Part shown: positions 27,661-37,410 of the stretch, one piece after another | Layout of the letters: each line of letters starts with the position of its first letter | Position numbering within the stretch: the stretch's first letter is position 1 | NCBI RefSeq assembly: GCF_022484265.1 | Contig: NZ_JAKVLR010000001.1 | Span: 1,126,783 to 1,190,782, forward strand | Length of the DNA: 64,000 bases | From: Companilactobacillus sp. | GTDB taxonomy: Bacteria > Bacillota > Bacilli > Lactobacillales > Lactobacillaceae | Direction of reading: 5' to 3' | Notes under the pieces: model-generated | Databases searched by the model: none | Told to the model about the DNA's origin: nothing | Seen by the model: the letters and a program-made list of their open reading frames with translations, nothing else | Position numbers and translations under genes: made by a program

Positions 27661-29436
27661 ATGCGTGAAGGTGCAACAATTGAACGTGGTTTGCCTAAAA
27701 CTAACAAACCAACTAGCAAATTTAAGTTCAAAGATTTTTTGCAATTGATCAATAGCGTTAATCCCAAGAAATCGCTATTTCTATTAGGAATGCTCTTGAG
27801 TTTGGTCACCAGTGGCGCCAGCTTGATCGTTCCACAATTGACCAAGGGACTAGTTGATACTAGTGGACTTTCAAAAATTGACGGTAAGATGCTAGCCGTT
27901 TTGATACTAGCCTTCGTCATCCAACTAGGGTTTGGAACCATCGGTGGTTTCATTCTACGATACGTCGGTGAAAGTTCTGTGAAGACTTTGCGAGAAAAAC
28001 TCTGGGCTCACCTGCTAAGACTTCCCGTCGATTATTTCGATGACCACAAGTCTGGTGAGAGCAGTTCTCGAGTAGTCAACGATACTAGCGTTATCAAAGA
28101 TCTGATAACATCGCAGTTCCCTAACTTCATCACCGGAGCCATCCAATTAGTCGGTTCAATGATAATTTTATTTTTCATGGACTGGAAGATGGCATCATTA
28201 ATGTTCAGCATCGTTCCAATCGTTGTTTTGATCCTATTCCCAATCGGAAAAATCATGGCACGTTTAGGTAGAAAGCTTCAAGCTGCGACAGCTGACTTTA
28301 ACGCTGATGTCAGTGAAAAATTATCAGAAGTACGTTTGATCAAGGCCAGCAATGGTGAAGAATTTGAAAAAGTAACCGGTCGCGGATTTATCGACAAGAT
28401 CTTTAAAGTTGGTATCAAAGATGCCAAAGTTGAAGCTGTCCTCAGCCCCATCATGACAACCGTGATGCTAGGTGTCTTCGTTGGTATCTTAGGATACGGT
28501 GCAGTGAGAATCCAACAAGGAACACTTTCAAGTGGTTCCTTAGTAGCATTCTTACTTTACTTGTTCAACATCATCACCCCAGTAGCAAGCTTTGCGACAT
28601 TCTTCTCGCAAGTCCAAAAAGCAATGGGTTCAACAGAACGTATCCAAGAAATTCTCCACACAGAACCAGAAGTAACTACAACCGGTGAAGCAGTTGATGT
28701 AGAAGGAAAAGAAATCACAGCCGCACACTTGAACTTCAGCTATGATCCCGACCATCAAATCCTGCACGACGTTTCATTTGAAGCTAAACCAAACACAGTA
28801 GTAGCCTTCGCGGGACCAAGTGGCGGAGGTAAATCAACAATTTTTTCATTATTGGAAAGATTTTACCAGCCAGACAACGGTTCAATCCTAATCGGAGAAC
28901 ATGACATCAAAGACATCGACTTAGCCAACTGGCGTTCCCAAATCGGTTACGTTTCCCAAGACAGCGCAGTATTCGCCGGAAGCATCCGCGAAAACTTGCA
29001 ATACGGACTAGGCAAAAAGTTGACCGACGAACAATTGTGGAACGGATTATCCTTAGCGTATGCAGACGGATTCGTCAAAGACTTCCCAGAACAATTAGAC
29101 ACGCAAATCGGCGAGCACGGCGTCAAGCTATCCGGAGGACAAAAACAAAGAATAGCAATCGCCAGAGCCTTCTTGAGAGATCCAAAAATCCTAATGCTAG
29201 ACGAAGCCACAGCCAGCTTGGACTCAGAATCAGAAGAAAAAGTCCAACTAGCACTAGATCAACTAATGGTAGGAAGAACCACCCTAGTAATAGCCCACAG
29301 ACTATCAACAATAGTCGATGCCGACCAAATCTACTTCATTGAAAAAGGAGCAGTAACAGGTCATGGAACACATAAAGAACTAATGACAACACATCAGCTA
29401 TACAAACAATATGTAAATGAGCAGATGGTAAATTAA
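27661..29436 (+). CDS. ABC transporter, fused permease/ATP-binding (type I exporter, multidrug-like)
   Basis: 591 aa with six N-terminal TM segments. Walker A is GPSGGGKST, the signature is LSGGQKQR and Walker B is LMLDEATA. Confidence 0.85.
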   Translation: MREGATIERGLPKTNKPTSKFKFKDFLQLINSVNPKKSLFLLGMLLSLVTSGASLIVPQLTKGLVDTSGLSKIDGKMLAVLILAFVIQLGFGTIGGFILRYVGESSVKTLREKLWAHLLRLPVDYFDDHKSGESSSRVVNDTSVIKDLITSQFPNFITGAIQLVGSMIILFFMDWKMASLMFSIVPIVVLILFPIGKIMARLGRKLQAATADFNADVSEKLSEVRLIKASNGEEFEKVTGRGFIDKIFKVGIKDAKVEAVLSPIMTTVMLGVFVGILGYGAVRIQQGTLSSGSLVAFLLYLFNIITPVASFATFFSQVQKAMGSTERIQEILHTEPEVTTTGEAVDVEGKEITAAHLNFSYDPDHQILHDVSFEAKPNTVVAFAGPSGGGKSTIFSLLERFYQPDNGSILIGEHDIKDIDLANWRSQIGYVSQDSAVFAGSIRENLQYGLGKKLTDEQLWNGLSLAYADGFVKDFPEQLDTQIGEHGVKLSGGQKQRIAIARAFLRDPKILMLDEATASLDSESEEKVQLALDQLMVGRTTLVIAHRLSTIVDADQIYFIEKGAVTGHGTHKELMTTHQLYKQYVNEQMVN

Positions 29437-29447
29437 AAAAAGAGCGT

Positions 29448-29553
29448 AAAAGCACCCGGGTGAGGCAATAATATAAGATTGCACAATACGGTGGGGACCA
29501 TTTGGCCCCAGAGTGTTGGGCAAGCGAATATCCCCTGCCTCAGGGTGCTTTTT
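29448..29553 (+). repeat. 106-nt long hairpin element acting as terminator of the ABC gene
   Basis: AAAAGCACCCGGGTGAGGCA ... TGCCTCAGGGTGCTTTTT, with an inner GGGGACC-attt-GGCCCC hairpin. Confidence 0.6.
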
Positions 29554-29693
29554 CGTGTTTCCACTATAAAGATAGAAGCGACCAATCCAAAAAGGTAAAT
29601 CAGGCAATGAGGGCAAACAAGCGAAGCGAGTTTGACCGGCAAATTAGAAGAGAATAAATGTCGATAGACATAAACTAAATTTTTGAGAAAACA

Positions 29694-29940
29694 CCGCCAT
29701 CATACCCTCATTCAATAATATATAGAGATTTTGACTCGAACAAGATTAGGCGGAGGACGGAAATCGATGCCCGGCTCAGTAGGGACATTTTCGTTAGCCG
29801 GCGACGACGCCAGCTTACGAAAAGAGGCAGCTTTGAGATGTTTTCGGTTTGTGAAAATAGCTCAAAGTGTCTCCCCTACGTTCCAGACGAAAGGCAATCG
29901 ATTTCCGTCCGGAGCCGGCCCGCATACCACAAACAAATCA
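29694..29940 (+). repeat. structured modular repeat, copy C (linker 29694-29748 + module 29749-29918 + partial linker)
   Basis: Near-identical to copy B, with paired substitutions in the stems. It ends with GGCCCGCATACCAC. Confidence 0.85.
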
Positions 29941-29988
29941 GTCAACATCAAAAAAGACGACTTCCCAATCATCCAAGAAATCGTCTTT

Positions 29989-30201
29989 TTACTTATCCAA
30001 ATGCAGCTTCCGAGCCTTCTTATGATGCTCAGCCAACAAATCAGTAATCTTGAAATACAAATAAATCAAGGCCACCGCAATAGTAGCCGCACCCGAGATA
30101 AAAGCTTCACGCATATTTCTACTAAAAATTAAGATCATAGTCGCAATCAACAAAACCACAATCGCTGCGACAAATGATACATATCTATGTTGATACCTCA
30201 T
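29989..30201 (-). CDS. small two-TM membrane protein
   Basis: 70 aa behind a GGGGAGG RBS, with two hydrophobic helices and a basic tail. Confidence 0.45.
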   Translation of the reverse strand: MRYQHRYVSFVAAIVVLLIATMILIFSRNMREAFISGAATIAVALIYLYFKITDLLAEHHKKARKLHLDK

Positions 30202-30271
30202 AATAATGCCTCCCCGCGGGCATTTAGAACTCCCAAACTTATTATGGTCACTTTCTCAATTATAAGCAAAC

Positions 30272-30306
30272 AAAAAGGATAGACGTTGGATGGAGACGTC
30301 TATCCT
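30272..30306 (-). terminator. rho-independent terminator after Ntn-hydrolase gene
   Basis: The minus strand reads AGGATAGACGT...ACGTCTATCCTTTTT. Confidence 0.75.
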
Positions 30307-30382
30307 ATTTAAAAAGACTGACACTAGTATCAAGTATCGATGGAATTTTTTATTCTTGGGAGGAATTACGAAATTAATTGTC

Positions 30383-31534
30383 TTAATTGATACTATATGT
30401 GCGTTGTGTGTCGTAGTCTCTGCCAATGACCGCGTTGACGGTACCATTGGACTTGTTGTAGATCATGGACCAGCGAGTCCATGACTTGGTTGAAGCTTTT
30501 CCGTATTGGGCAACTTCGTGAAGTAAGTTCATTGCCTGTACGTCGGTCAAGGTGTCATTAGATTTAGTAAGTTCGTTCGATAGGGTTTCGTAGCGATCTT
30601 GACCGTGCCCAGTCCCAAATACGGAAGGTGAAACCATAAAGTTGGTTGCGTGATTAGTGTCAACCACGCTCATCTTGTTGTTGATGTATTCAACAACGAC
30701 AGATTTACCGCTAGCATCGGAGATCTGGTAATGGAATTCTCCCATGCTAGGATCATGCATGTTGTATTGGTTCAACAATGCAAGCGCTGAATCAACAGAA
30801 TCGGCTTTATCAAGGACCATTCTGATAGCACTAGTTGTCGTGATATCGTTTTTTGAACTATCAGTTTGATTTGTTGGTGAACCGTCCAACTGTAGAACTG
30901 CCATCGTTAAGCCCTTTTCGTTCATACCATCAAGAGGAGTGTATGGTACTGCCAACGTCTTTAGGCTATTTAACTTGTTTGTCGGCAAGTCCTGGTTGGT
31001 ATACTTCAAAAATCCTAGATCGACCATGGAAATTGAAGCATACCCGTTAGTTGGATGAGTTCTGACCAACATCGCCGGTGAATCAGAGTTTTCGTCAAAG
31101 TTACGTCCAAAAAGCTGTTGCCCATCAGGCGTAGCTGCCGAGAAGGTGCTGCATCCAAATGCCGGTATGTTCAATTTTAAGGTCCGACCGATATTTGGAA
31201 AACCAGTGATGTAACTGCCAACAAATGAAATCAGTTGCGTGGTATTTGCAGCACCTTGTTGCATGAATTTATCCAGCTTATAGTCAGCTGTGTAATCCAT
31301 GGTGAAAAATGGAGCGTTGGAGTCGCTAGAGACATTCTTGATACTGTTTAAAGAATTGATCTCTTCTCCATACTGCGAAAAAATACCGGACTGCGTATTA
31401 GCAATCGTGGCGGCATTGCTAGCTGTCGCTGCATTAGCAGTTTCAGCTTGAGCTATCCCAGATATACCGGGACTGAGCAACAATGCGGTTGAAAAAATAA
31501 GAGTTCCCCAAAAACTAGACTTATTCTTCTTCAT
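30383..31534 (-). CDS. secreted Ntn-hydrolase (choloylglycine hydrolase / peptidase C45-like linear amide hydrolase)
   Basis: Signal peptide plus a long pro-region. FGCSTFSA...LFGRNFD fits the Cys-nucleophile context of these families. The exact family is not resolvable by eye. Confidence 0.55.
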   Translation of the reverse strand: MKKNKSSFWGTLIFSTALLLSPGISGIAQAETANAATASNAATIANTQSGIFSQYGEEINSLNSIKNVSSDSNAPFFTMDYTADYKLDKFMQQGAANTTQLISFVGSYITGFPNIGRTLKLNIPAFGCSTFSAATPDGQQLFGRNFDENSDSPAMLVRTHPTNGYASISMVDLGFLKYTNQDLPTNKLNSLKTLAVPYTPLDGMNEKGLTMAVLQLDGSPTNQTDSSKNDITTTSAIRMVLDKADSVDSALALLNQYNMHDPSMGEFHYQISDASGKSVVVEYINNKMSVVDTNHATNFMVSPSVFGTGHGQDRYETLSNELTKSNDTLTDVQAMNLLHEVAQYGKASTKSWTRWSMIYNKSNGTVNAVIGRDYDTQRTYSIN

Positions 31535-31880
31535 AAATTAACCCCCTTTGCTAATCCCTTATTAGTTTATGTGTTACATATTACCGTTGATATTATTAAA
31601 TGTAAATTAAATTTTATCTAATTTTTAATTTCACAAAATTACCAAATCAATATAAAACCCGAAGAAAGCCCGTTTCAATCGGTTGCATTACATTTGAATT
31701 TTTTTATTATGATTAAATAAACACTAATTTTTCACATCAGAACTACTCTATTTTTTGAATATTTATTTTAAAAAAGTGAATCAAACTCAGAATTTCATTT
31801 TTTCAACAATTAAATTATTTTCTTCAAATTTTGGACACAAAAAAAGCCAAGGGACAATCCCCTTAGCTTCACGCTAATAA

Positions 31881-32864
31881 TTAGCTTAATTTTGTATATT
31901 CATCTCTGACTTCAAACAATGAACCGATTGATTCGTCGCTTTCGATCATTTCAATAGCATCGCCGACTAATCCTGTCACTGACAAGATCGTTAACTTGTC
32001 AAATTTGCATTCTTCAGGTACCACGATCGAATCTGTAACAACAATCTCTTCAAGATCAGAATTTTGCAATCTTTCAGTTGCACGTTCTGAGAAGATTGGA
32101 TGAGTAGCTGCACCAATAACACGAGTTGCACCAGCAACCTTAAGTGCGTGAGCACTGTTGATCATTCTAGTACCAGTATCGATCAAGTCATCAACAATAA
32201 CGCAAACCTTACCGTCGACCTCACCGATGATATTAGGAACAACATCATCAACTTCAGTTGAACGTTGATCAACAATAGCAATTTGTGAACCAAATACTTC
32301 AGCTAAGGCTCTAGCACGCTTAGTTGAGTTGTGATCAGGAGCAACGAAAACAACGTCATCAGCTGGTTCCGAAATAGTGTCACGGAAGTAACTGGCAAAA
32401 ATTGGCATTGCACGCAAGTGATCAACAGGGATATCAAAGAATCCTTGAATTTGTTCAGCATGCATATCTAGTGCAATAACACGGTCAACCTTACCCATTT
32501 CCAACATATTAGCAAAAAGCTTAGCTGAAATAGGTTCTCTGGCACGTGACTTTCTATCTGAACGTGTATAAGCGAAATATGGCAATACACACGTAATTTG
32601 ATGTGTGCTGGCTCTTCGAAGAGCATCAACAGCAATCATTAATTCCATAAAATTATCATTCACAGGATCTGAAACAGAATGAATAATATAAACATCCTTA
32701 CCACGGATACTTTCGTTGATCTGGATATTGATTTCTCCGTCGCTAAAGTGAGAAACAGAGGCATCTAGCAATGGGATTCCCATATATTTAGAAATACGTT
32801 CTGCAACTGGCTTGTTTCCATTTAAAGCTAGTAAAGCAATTTTATCTAATGGCTTATTAGACAT
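31881..32864 (-). CDS. prs: ribose-phosphate pyrophosphokinase
   Basis: The PRPP synthase signature DLHAEQIQGFF-like (DMHAEQIQGFFDIPVDH) and the PRPP-binding VDDLIDTGT are present. Start at ATG 32864 behind GGAGGA. Confidence 0.9.
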   Translation of the reverse strand: MSNKPLDKIALLALNGNKPVAERISKYMGIPLLDASVSHFSDGEINIQINESIRGKDVYIIHSVSDPVNDNFMELMIAVDALRRASTHQITCVLPYFAYTRSDRKSRAREPISAKLFANMLEMGKVDRVIALDMHAEQIQGFFDIPVDHLRAMPIFASYFRDTISEPADDVVFVAPDHNSTKRARALAEVFGSQIAIVDQRSTEVDDVVPNIIGEVDGKVCVIVDDLIDTGTRMINSAHALKVAGATRVIGAATHPIFSERATERLQNSDLEEIVVTDSIVVPEECKFDKLTILSVTGLVGDAIEMIESDESIGSLFEVRDEYTKLS

Positions 32865-32882
32865 ATTTTCCTCCAAAAAAAA

Positions 32883-33263
32883 TTATAGAATTACAGGTGA
32901 ATTGATTGGCTTACTTTCATCTGCTATGACTAAACCCATATCACTGTCAGTAACTTTCTTACGACCATTTCGAACAGGTGCTGACATAACGATGGTAAAC
33001 TTATACTTCAATTTTACACTTAATTTAAGATATTCGTCCATTAAATAACTATCAATTTTACCATTTAGATATAAATGATATGATGGATACCTTTTCATTA
33101 CGGTTTCAACCGTTTTCACGTTATCTAAATTTTTTATTTGAGCTACCGTTAACGCAATCGCCACACGTTCAGCAAAATTTCCCAAAAATTTATTTTGTTC
33201 ATCGGGCTTAACTTGCGGTTTCCCAAAGATATTCTTCTTAATGTAGTCTTCGACACTACTCAT
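32883..33263 (-). CDS. YueI/DUF1694 family protein
   Basis: 126 aa. The N-terminal ...KPDEQNKFLGNFAERV resembles the YueI family. It is co-oriented with prs, 19 nt away. Confidence 0.5.
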   Translation of the reverse strand: MSSVEDYIKKNIFGKPQVKPDEQNKFLGNFAERVAIALTVAQIKNLDNVKTVETVMKRYPSYHLYLNGKIDSYLMDEYLKLSVKLKYKFTIVMSAPVRNGRKKVTDSDMGLVIADESKPINSPVIL

Positions 33264-33349
33264 ATGGCACCCCTTTCAAAAATTTTTAAATAGCTACCCG
33301 AAAAGTCTAATAAAATGTATAATTAAATTAACGAAAGGATGTGTTGGTC

Positions 33350-33589
33350 ATGGATGAAATGGTATTTTTCAATCCGGGAGACGCAATTGCAAACTCACGT
33401 GATTTCGGGGAGGCAGTTCGTGGCGCTCAAATATACAAAGCAAAAGATCCTTATGAATCATCCTTAATTATCGCTGAAGATGCGACAAATAAAAAGAGCT
33501 TTGCAGTATATTTTGCTTCCGACGAAAAGAGTGACGTAAAAGATACTGACAAAAGCGTTGTTCCTTATCATATTAAGAAGAAACTCTAA
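33350..33589 (+). CDS. hypothetical small protein
   Basis: 79-82 aa with an uncertain start (GTG 33341 / ATG 33350) after GAAAGGA. A strong terminator follows. Confidence 0.35.
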   Translation: MDEMVFFNPGDAIANSRDFGEAVRGAQIYKAKDPYESSLIIAEDATNKKSFAVYFASDEKSDVKDTDKSVVPYHIKKKL

Positions 33590-33616
33590 AAAAATGAGAC
33601 CGTTAGGTCTCTTTTT

Positions 33617-34474
33617 TTATACAAATTTTGAGATTGCTCCGTATAATTGGGCTTTATCTGTTAACTTAGCAATTTTTAACTCGGTTTGGAAAAGTCCCTT
33701 TGGAATCAATTGACTCATTTGCTTTCTCAAAATATCTAATAGGAATTCGCCTTGTTGCGACACCGCTCCACCAATGACGAGTATTTCGGGATCAAATAGC
33801 AAGACTACTTCAGCTAATCCTCGAGCGACTTCATAAGCCCAATTTTCGATAACAGCTAAATAGTGCTCATCATTTTGTTTAGCTTTTTCAAAAGCATCGA
33901 TCACGCTGATGCCATCGGATTTTAAACTATCTTCCAAGGCTAAAGTTGAGGCACGTTGTTCAAAATAAGTCTTTGATTCTTGGTCATACAAAATATATCC
34001 TATTGAATTAGCGTATGAATGAGTCCCACTGTCTAATTTTCCATCTAATAAGTAAGCTCCACCGATTCCAGTTCCCAAGGCCACGCAATAAGCTGTCTCC
34101 ACATTCTTAGCCACGCCATCGACGGTTTCTCCTAAAAGTGCTGCATCAACATCATTGACTACAAAGACTGGCAAATTAGTTTCCTCTGCCAATTTTTCTT
34201 GGATCGGGGTTCCTTGATAACCAGGGATAGTTGGTCCTGCATATAGTATTCCCCCGTCTGCGCCGACAATTCCAGCTGTACTGACTCCGATGGCATCAAT
34301 TTGGTAATTGCCTTGAAATTCAGCTGCAATATCCAACAGCTCATTTAAAATGTGGCCATCCTTGTTTTGTTCGGTGGCAACTTTTCCGGTATGAGAAAGA
34401 TTTAATTGCTCATCTACTAAAGCATATTTAATAGTGGTGCCGCCAATGTCAAAGGCTAAGAATTGTTTTGACAT
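33617..34474 (-). CDS. nanK: ROK family sugar kinase, likely N-acetylmannosamine kinase
   Basis: FDIGGTTIKYALV and the ROK glycine-rich motifs are present. It sits in the nan cluster. Confidence 0.7.
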   Translation of the reverse strand: MSKQFLAFDIGGTTIKYALVDEQLNLSHTGKVATEQNKDGHILNELLDIAAEFQGNYQIDAIGVSTAGIVGADGGILYAGPTIPGYQGTPIQEKLAEETNLPVFVVNDVDAALLGETVDGVAKNVETAYCVALGTGIGGAYLLDGKLDSGTHSYANSIGYILYDQESKTYFEQRASTLALEDSLKSDGISVIDAFEKAKQNDEHYLAVIENWAYEVARGLAEVVLLFDPEILVIGGAVSQQGEFLLDILRKQMSQLIPKGLFQTELKIAKLTDKAQLYGAISKFV

Positions 34475-34491
34475 AATTATTTCCCCGTTTC

Positions 34492-34534
34492 AGTAATTAT
34501 TATTGTATTTTGTTAACATAATATTTATTATTGT
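34492..34534. promoter_or_regulatory. two AATTATTATTGTA-like boxes in the nanK / RpiR-regulator divergent region
   Basis: GTAATTATTATTGTA (34492-34506) and TATTTATTATTGTA (34521-34534). A related motif recurs at the nanA promoter. Confidence 0.3.
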
Positions 34535-34563
34535 AGCTAAAGAAGTATAAGGAGTGCAATATC

Positions 34564-35385
34564 ATGACCATTTTGAAGAAAATTGAAGAAGATTTACCAA
34601 CGCTTTCACGTCAAGAACGCAAAGTCGCTTTGCAGATCATTCAAAATCCTCAAGAAGTTCAGCAAATGAATATCACGACCTTAGCTAGTAAGGTTGAGGT
34701 CAGTAATGCCACCATCACCCGCTTTGTTAAAAAAATGGACTGCCATGACTTTTACGAATTAAAATTGAAGCTAGCCAGCGATCGACCTAACCAATCTAAA
34801 GAGATCAGTAAAGGATCGATTGCCGATGAAGTATTTACTTTTTACAAAAACGTCCTTGGAGACACCGCTGAAAGAATCGACCTGGATGAATTGCGAAAAA
34901 TCGTTGACGTTATCTCAAATTGTCGGAGAATTTATGTCTTCGGTATCGGAAGTTCCGGCTACACCGCTCAAGAAATGGCTCAACGTTTAATCAGAATGGG
35001 CATTGCCGCCTATCCAATGACTGAAAGCCACATCATGTACATCACCAGTGGAATCATCAATAAAGACGACGTCATCTTGGCTCTGTCGACTTCTGGAAGC
35101 ACGACTGATTTGAATAAAGCTGCCTCATTAGCCCAAGTCAATGGTGCAAAGGTCATCGGAATCACAGGTGTTGAAAAAAGCCGACTGTTTGAATTATGCG
35201 ATTATCCAGTTCTCGTTAAGAACAGTGATTTCATCGATAACACACACTTCGTGAACTCTCAATTTGCCATTACTTACGTTCTCGATATTATCACGACTCT
35301 GCTTTTAGAAAACGATACCTTCAGCAAACGTCTCAGTCACACTGTCGAGATCGTGATGGACAATAAATTTAGAAATAATAACTAA
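34564..35385 (+). CDS. MurR/RpiR family regulator (HTH + SIS), candidate nan regulator
   Basis: 273 aa with an HTH_6 (ITTLASKVEVSNATITRFVKK) and a SIS domain (VFGIGSSG). Divergent from nanK. Confidence 0.7.
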   Translation: MTILKKIEEDLPTLSRQERKVALQIIQNPQEVQQMNITTLASKVEVSNATITRFVKKMDCHDFYELKLKLASDRPNQSKEISKGSIADEVFTFYKNVLGDTAERIDLDELRKIVDVISNCRRIYVFGIGSSGYTAQEMAQRLIRMGIAAYPMTESHIMYITSGIINKDDVILALSTSGSTTDLNKAASLAQVNGAKVIGITGVEKSRLFELCDYPVLVKNSDFIDNTHFVNSQFAITYVLDIITTLLLENDTFSKRLSHTVEIVMDNKFRNNN

Positions 35386-35418
35386 AAAACTCAGGAGAAC
35401 TTAATCTCCTGAGTTTTT

Positions 35419-36120
35419 TTAGGCTTTAATTGCATTAACAGTATTGATAAATTTTGAAGCGATCTCCAATGGACGTGTGATTGCTCCACCTACGACCACT
35501 GCGTGACAACCCAATTCAATGCAACGACGAGCTTTTTCAGGAGTATCGACTTTACCTTCAGCGATTACTGGAACGTTTGAAGTTTGTAGTACTTGTTTCA
35601 AGTATTCAAAATCGTTATCGGCAACGTTCATCCCTGTTGTATCAGGAGTATAGCCGTGCATGGTTGTTCCGACGATGTCGAATCCTAATTCATTAGCTTC
35701 TTCAACATTTTCTAAAGTTGCCGTGTCTGCCATCAATAATGTGTCAGGAAATTCTTCCCGCATTTGAGCGACGATGTCGGCTAATTTTTCGTCATGAGGA
35801 CGTTTTTGACCTGTCACGTCACAGGCAACAACTTCTGCACCCGTGCTGGCAACGGCACGCATCTCCTTAATAGTTGGCGTGATGTAAACTGGCGAATCAT
35901 CGTAATCAACTTTATCAAGTCCGATGATTGGCAAACCAGTCTCATCTTGGATAGCCTGAATATCCACGACTGAATTACATCTGATAGCAACTGATCCAGC
36001 TTCTTTAGCAGCACGTGCCATGCGCGACATAATAAACGAACTATGTAGCGGTTCGTTTGGCAATGCTTGGCAAGATACGATCAAGTGCCCTTTGACAGTT
36101 TCTAAAAATTTGTTTTCCAT
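35419..36120 (-). CDS. nanE: N-acetylmannosamine-6-phosphate 2-epimerase
   Basis: 233 aa. LIVSCQALPNEPLH and VVVGGAITRP are hallmarks of NanE. Confidence 0.85.
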   Translation of the reverse strand: MENKFLETVKGHLIVSCQALPNEPLHSSFIMSRMARAAKEAGSVAIRCNSVVDIQAIQDETGLPIIGLDKVDYDDSPVYITPTIKEMRAVASTGAEVVACDVTGQKRPHDEKLADIVAQMREEFPDTLLMADTATLENVEEANELGFDIVGTTMHGYTPDTTGMNVADNDFEYLKQVLQTSNVPVIAEGKVDTPEKARRCIELGCHAVVVGGAITRPLEIASKFINTVNAIKA

Positions 36121-36121
36121 A

Positions 36122-37006
36122 TTATTTCACTTCTTCAGTTTGAAAGTAGTCTTGATAAATCTTCTTTGCTCCAGCAATCATTTCTGGAGTTGGTTTTGCC
36201 ATTGGTGCCTTTGTAACTCCGGCGTTAACACCCATTTCCTTGAAGACAAGTTTGAGTGATGGATAAATATCATTAGCAATCAATGCTGTGATTGCATCGT
36301 TACTTACTTTTTGCAATTCTCTAGCAGTGTCGATGTCGCCTGCTTCAAAGGCATCCATTTCGGCTCTAACACGTGGTGCATTCAAGTTGTATGTTGAACC
36401 AATTGCACCATCAACATTAAGTGCTAAGGCTGGCAAGAGCATTTCGTCAAATCCTGACAAGATCAATTTGTCTGGGAAACGATTGCGAACTCTTTCTAAT
36501 AGATAGAAGTCAGCATTTGTATACTTGATACCGATGATCTTTGGATTTTCGAATAGTTCAGCAAATTGATCGATTGATAAACCAACACCAGTTAGAGCTG
36601 GAATTGAATAGATGATCAACTTGTTATCAACGTCTTTAACAATTTCGTTGTAGTAATCTTTGATTTGTTCAAATGAGTATTTATAGTAGAAAGGAGTAAC
36701 AGCTGAGATCTTAGGATAGCCAAGATCTGTTACATATTTTGCCAAAGCTTTAGATTCGTTAAGATCAAGCGAACCAACTTGAGCAATTAAATCAACATCG
36801 TTTTTTGCTTCATCCATAGCAATTTTGAAAATATCGCGTTTTTGTTCTGGACTCATTAAGAAGTTTTCACCAGTACTACCACCAACGTACAAACCATCAA
36901 CTTTATTAACGTCAATGTTGTAACGGATCATTTCGCGTGTCCCAGCTTCATTGATAGTTCCGTCTTCGTTAAATGCAGTCATTAATGCAGAATATAATTT
37001 TTTCAT
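36122..37006 (-). CDS. nanA: N-acetylneuraminate lyase (DHDPS/NAL family)
   Basis: MKKLYSALMTAFNEDGTIN...VGGSTGE. Start set at ATG 37006 behind GAGG; the longer ORF-track version adds 25 unsupported codons. Confidence 0.8.
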   Translation of the reverse strand: MKKLYSALMTAFNEDGTINEAGTREMIRYNIDVNKVDGLYVGGSTGENFLMSPEQKRDIFKIAMDEAKNDVDLIAQVGSLDLNESKALAKYVTDLGYPKISAVTPFYYKYSFEQIKDYYNEIVKDVDNKLIIYSIPALTGVGLSIDQFAELFENPKIIGIKYTNADFYLLERVRNRFPDKLILSGFDEMLLPALALNVDGAIGSTYNLNAPRVRAEMDAFEAGDIDTARELQKVSNDAITALIANDIYPSLKLVFKEMGVNAGVTKAPMAKPTPEMIAGAKKIYQDYFQTEEVK

Positions 37007-37067
37007 GTTAAACCTCGATATATGATTTTTATTTTGTAATAGTTTCCAATCCCCTACCGCTGCCATT

Positions 37068-37096
37068 AATGTACAATACAATAATTAATATTTCAA
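37068..37096 (-). promoter_or_regulatory. candidate nanA-nanE promoter (TTGAAA-17-TACATT)
   Basis: Read on the minus strand. The spacer contains AATTATTGTA. Confidence 0.45.
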
Positions 37097-37105
37097 TCCC
37101 ATTTT

Positions 37106-37122
37106 ACGATAATTATTATCGT
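37106..37122. promoter_or_regulatory. perfect 17-bp palindrome ACGATAATTATTATCGT next to the nanA -35
   Basis: Self-complementary around the central T. It shares the ATTATTATCGT core with the boxes at 34.5 kb. Confidence 0.4.
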
Positions 37123-37293
37123 TATCAGCTGTACATCCTGATGTATGTGCAATGTGTCACAATAAAATATTTTTTTAAGTTTAAATTCTCGAAATACGGT
37201 CAAATAAAACCGGTCTGAAAGCTTTTTGCTGACAATAATAGGAAGTCTTCCGTTAATTATTTTCATTAAACCAAAATATTTGTAAAAAATATC

Positions 37294-37330
37294 AGAAAAC
37301 GTTTACATTCGAATTTTTACATGCTATATT
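37294..37330 (+). promoter_or_regulatory. promoter (TTTACA-17-TATATT) overlapped by cre-like site AGAAAACGTTTACA
   Basis: The cre-like 14-mer (37294-37307) matches TGWAANCGNTNWCA except at the first base and covers the -35. Confidence 0.45.
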
Positions 37331-37360
37331 GTTCAACGTAATAGTTACTCCAATCATTCT

Positions 37361-37410
37361 AACCGCTACCGAAGGTGCCTTTTGGCGCATCCTTTGGTGA
37401 CGGTTTTTTT
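37361..37410 (+). terminator. intrinsic terminator inside the 5' leader of the TIM-barrel/antiporter/symporter/esterase operon (attenuator candidate)
   Basis: AACCGCTACCGAAGG-N15-CCTTTGGTGACGGTT followed by TTTTTTT. It lies about 30 nt downstream of the -10 and 20 nt upstream of the RBS. Confidence 0.6.

Noticed and set aside
31535-31880. 346-bp AT-rich gap between the Ntn-hydrolase gene and prs, considered as a possible ncRNA or mobile-element scar.
   Set aside because: I saw only a prs terminator (31841-31867) and featureless AT-rich sequence consistent with a promoter/UP region. There are no repeats, stems or ORFs.
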